The translations under genes were made by a program, and so were the position numbers. Under the pieces are notes generated by a model that saw only the letters and a list, made by a program, of their open reading frames with translations, searched no databases and was not told the DNA's origin. Positions 60,901 to 64,000 of a DNA stretch of 64,000 nucleotides are shown piece by piece; positions within the stretch are counted from its first letter, which is position 1, and each line of letters starts with the position of its first letter. The DNA is taken from contig MCFE01000338.1 of the NCBI GenBank assembly GCA_002104905.1, positions 28,228 through 92,227 on the forward strand, written 5' to 3'. This DNA comes from Basidiobolus meristosporus CBS 931.73. Taxonomy: Eukaryota > Fungi > Basidiobolomycota.

Positions 60901-62768
60901 CCCAAATCACCTCCAATTTCTCCAGGACTCTTACAACCACAAGCTCATCTGGAAATATGTCTGAATATTCCTTCAAAGAGTCTGGACCTTGTGAGGTACT
61001 GGGGTAGAGGAATCCTCCTGTAATATTGCCACAAGGGACATCTAGGTGCCTTTTCTAAGTGCTCTACAGAACTGTGTCTTGTTGAGTTCACTTGTTCCAC
61101 GCACACTAGAATTGACCAGGCTGATATCTAGTCTGGCAGGTAATAGCTCACAGGTCTTATTGTCCTTCTGCATCTGAGCAGCATGGGTTCTCCAGTTGAT
61201 TGATGGATCATAACAAAATAGCCAGGTTTTTCCAAGTACAAGGTCAAACTTGTAGTTCCCAAATAAACAGGCCTGTAGTTCTTCTTCTCATACAATGCTC
61301 CTGAGTAAACCATGAGCTTGGCAGGTACTCCATTGATTACTCCATTCAAGTATAATAGCTTTCCTGAGTTTGAGGTCATCTGGGATTGGTATTTTTTGGT
61401 CATATGGAAGGTGAGTTCTGAGTCTTCCTCATGTTCATCCTCCATATAACTATGCTCATGGGCTTCAATATGGTTGAAGGTTCCTGAGGGCTGGTGTCCA
61501 TTTCTTCTTGGAGGGCAGTACTTTGCAATAGGTCCCTGCTGGTAGCAATTAAAGCAAAGTCCTTTCTTCTTATATTCTTCTAAGGTAGAATTCTTCTGCA
61601 TAGCATCTATTGTCATTGGCACTGCTTCTGATTGTCTTCTTTCATAATGATTGTAGCCTCTCTGATTAATCATTGTGGGCTTCCCAACTCCAACATAGAT
61701 GAGTCATAGTCAATAGCAGTCTTGATGACCTCTTCAACAGTCTGGGGTCTTTGATAGTTTACTTCCTTGCAAGTTCTTTCATTCAACCCATTGATAAAGT
61801 ATTCTGCTTAATTCAGGGGGTCCATTCTTTCAACTTGTTCAAGTAGACATCTATATTCATAGATGTACTCTTGAACCGTTCCTCTCTGTCTGAGTGACTT
61901 CAACTCTCTTCTTAGTAGTATCAGCTGGTGTGGAGGTTCAAAAGTATCCTGAATTTTCAACACAAACTCATCTCAGGTGGAGATTGTAGAGCATCCCATC
62001 ATGGTGGCTGACCTGATCTTGTAGTACCACTTTAAAGTTGCATCTGCCAGGTAGGGGCTGCATAATGTAACTTGCTTTCTGGAGCAATTCCCTTAGCCCT
62101 GAAAGCTTCTTCATTCTGGAAGGGCCAAGTACCCAGGTTTTCATTGACTCTACCATGGTGCTGGTTGACCTTCACACCAAAGTTGCTCTTTACAGGGTTC
62201 TGCTGGCTTTGGGCCATTGTAGTCATTCCTTTTTGTTGCTGGGCCAAGATTTGCTGCACAGCATTCTTCCATTCTTGATTTTTGGACATCTTGAGGGAAG
62301 CTTCTTCTTTCTTGAGGAGGGAGGTTTCTGTTTATTGCTGCTACCATTGTTGCAAGTCTTGTTATAAGAGTTGTAGAGGAATAGGGAGTTTAGCTAGTTT
62401 TGTACTTGCTAAAAATTGAACTGATTCTTATTGAGGTTCCAGAGCTCATTGTATACATTTTGCCTGATCACTTGCTGACTAATTGCATCTTCTAATGTAG
62501 GTTGTGGCTGAAGACTCATTTGATTGCATCATCTTCACCCAATAAGATCCTACCTTATATATCTATTTCTGTCTGATATGAATCTGCTGATCCATTTGCT
62601 GACTAAAGCTACTAATTCAATAGATAAAGCTAATATATTGATAGGCTCAGCATACACCTAATGATTTGACTACAAACTGATCCATTTAAGCACTCAAGAG
62701 GTAGAACTTAGCTCATTTCTCCCCTCTACTGAATTCTGAATGGTTCTTTACACAGTGTGATTTGTCAA
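54924..62768 (-). mobile_element. Ty3/gypsy element: 5' LTR 62348-62768 (truncated), gag-PR 60938-62347, RT-RH-IN 55457-57410, 3' LTR 54924-55456; interrupted by a copia element
   Basis: PBS tggtagcag; gag WDEFV...EYIYEY; CFNC knuckle; FGFTNAPATF, YLDDILMYS; PVAFESKKM; TSAYHPRTNG; PPT agtgggggagaa. Confidence 0.92.
57410..60937 (+). mobile_element. 5'-truncated Ty1/copia element (PR-IN-RT-RH, 3' LTR 60589-60937) nested in the gypsy element
   Basis: WYTDSGASQH, LYVPEIAKNLLSV, LWHRRFGHIN, LIHSDL, SDNGGEY, YKARLVAKGYSQ, HQMDAKTAFLNG, LYVDDLII, RSTTGY. Confidence 0.95.
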
Positions 62769-63300
62769 ACATACTTCCAGCAATCGGCCAAGTAAACCAG
62801 ATGATGCTCCCCTCAATGTCAGACAGTGCTTGAAACTTCACACAGTGTGCCATGTATTTGCCAGAATAAAAATGCTTCAGCCCTCTAGAAGGTCTGTGAA
62901 TTATGACTGGGAAACTATCCAAAATACTCTTGATATGGAACCTGTTGTAGAATATTCTGGGAGATGGAAGTCTATTGGAGCTTCTGAATCCAGTATTCCA
63001 AGCTTGCTATAAGTTGTTCATACCCTCTGTGAGGTGGTTCTCTATTACTGTCTACTAGGAACAACAGCTTCTAGGACTTCTGTTATCCTATATGGTGGGA
63101 TGAAACCTTGAGGGGCAATGGTTCTCTTGATAGCAGAGAAGCTTAACAAGGGATCTCATCAAGTGGATTGGGTCATATGGTCCACAGTACTTGGTGCAGA
63201 TCTTCTCTGATGTGCCACTAGGATAACCAGTGATAGTGATGGGAATGATGAGAAAAGACCATTCAGATGAGTAAGTTGTATCAGAGTTAGCATGTGCTTG
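62769..63300 (-). mobile_element. PIF/Harbinger DDE transposase fragment
   Basis: ILDSFPVIIHRPSRGLKHFYSGKYMAHCVKFQALSDIEGSIIWFTWPIAGSMFD matches the DDE_Tnp_4 pattern D(G)...RP...YSGK..H..K.Q...D..G.I....P..GS.(H)D. Confidence 0.72.
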
Positions 63301-63639
63301 AATAGAGGTGATAACAATTGATTTGGTGCAACCAGCTTAATTTATCGGATTTTACATTCACTGTATTTAAATATCCATCAGTTGCATTGTATACCATCAT
63401 TATATTGCAAAATCCATCCTCCAGCAATAACTTGGTGATTTTATTGATGATTAACTTGTAAGTCTATAATCAAATAGAAAATCAGCAACCAATGTGATCT
63501 ATACTCTGTCCATGCATTTTTGGATGCATCATGCATAATATATGGAAATTTAACAATCACATTAGTTTCCATATACATTCTATATAAGACCAGGCTAATG
63601 CCAATATACTACTGTATTAGTATCTATATCCATCATGAT

Positions 63640-64000
63640 GGTCCCTTTACCAAGTCTAAACTCATCTTTAGTACAACCCAGACAAAACTCATCTTCCAGC
63701 TCAGAAGCATGGTCTGGACTGGAAAAGTTGATGTTGGATCTGTTAGAGCTCTTGCCAAATGGTTTTAGTATGGCCCAAGTGTCTATGATGTGCCTTCATA
63801 CAGATTTTCTCCTGCATCATAGGGGAAACACAGGGGCTGCTTTGCATGAAGATGCAGAGCTATGTTTTACACTCTGTGGCCAAGTACAGGCTCACATGGC
63901 CTCTCTGGCACACTATGGCAGCATTTGGCACTCATGGCTCAATGTAGTACTATCCAACAGAACAAGTCTATTTCATATAAGACCAAGTTGATGCCAATAC
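63640..64000 (+). mobile_element. Third copy of unclassified repeat family X
   Basis: 63795-63970 aligns by eye with 49790-49955. Confidence 0.6.

Noticed and set aside
42918-62768. Repeated LTRs as a CRISPR-like or satellite array
   Set aside because: Units are 350-530-bp TG...CA LTRs with PBS, PPT and retroelement ORFs; no short repeat-spacer periodicity.
42180-64000. Classical Neurospora-type RIP (CpA>TpA)
   Set aside because: CpA/TpG are plentiful; the missing dinucleotide is CpG.

Overview
Eukaryotic, intron-containing fungal DNA. Gene content and short ~50-70 nt introns suggest an early-diverging fungus (Zoopagomycota/Mucoromycota-like; inference). The window has two sharply different halves. 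(1) 1-~41.5 kb is gene-dense and CpG-rich, with ~27 genes: an identical head-to-head PCNA pair, RsfS/MALSU1, two tandem minimal His-brace LPMO-like secreted proteins, SDR, GST, C2H2 TF, PL14 lyase, AGX1, an orphan CDK-site/D-box protein, ETR1, MCMBP, an ANCHR-like MIM1 protein, TFG2, a BED-zinc-finger::NIF3 fusion lacking NIF3's conserved histidines, a METTL21-like methyltransferase, FCF2, NDUFB10, RRP36, VanZ-like, p24, COX5, RCF2, DNAJC8, trypsin, TRAPPC12 and a velvet protein. (2) ~42-64 kb is a nested transposon graveyard (Ty1/copia, Ty3/gypsy, PIF/Harbinger, an unclassified repeat family, a 760-bp palindrome). It is almost devoid of CpG (hand count ~38 in ~21.8 kb), and the TpCpG context is especially rare among the survivors. 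Top leads: the BED-NIF3 pseudo-enzyme fusion, the TE-restricted CpG/TpCpG hypermutation signature, and repeated signs of ectopic gene conversion between nearby repeats. Several single-base frameshifts in conserved genes suggest residual assembly indel errors, so pseudogene calls are tentative.
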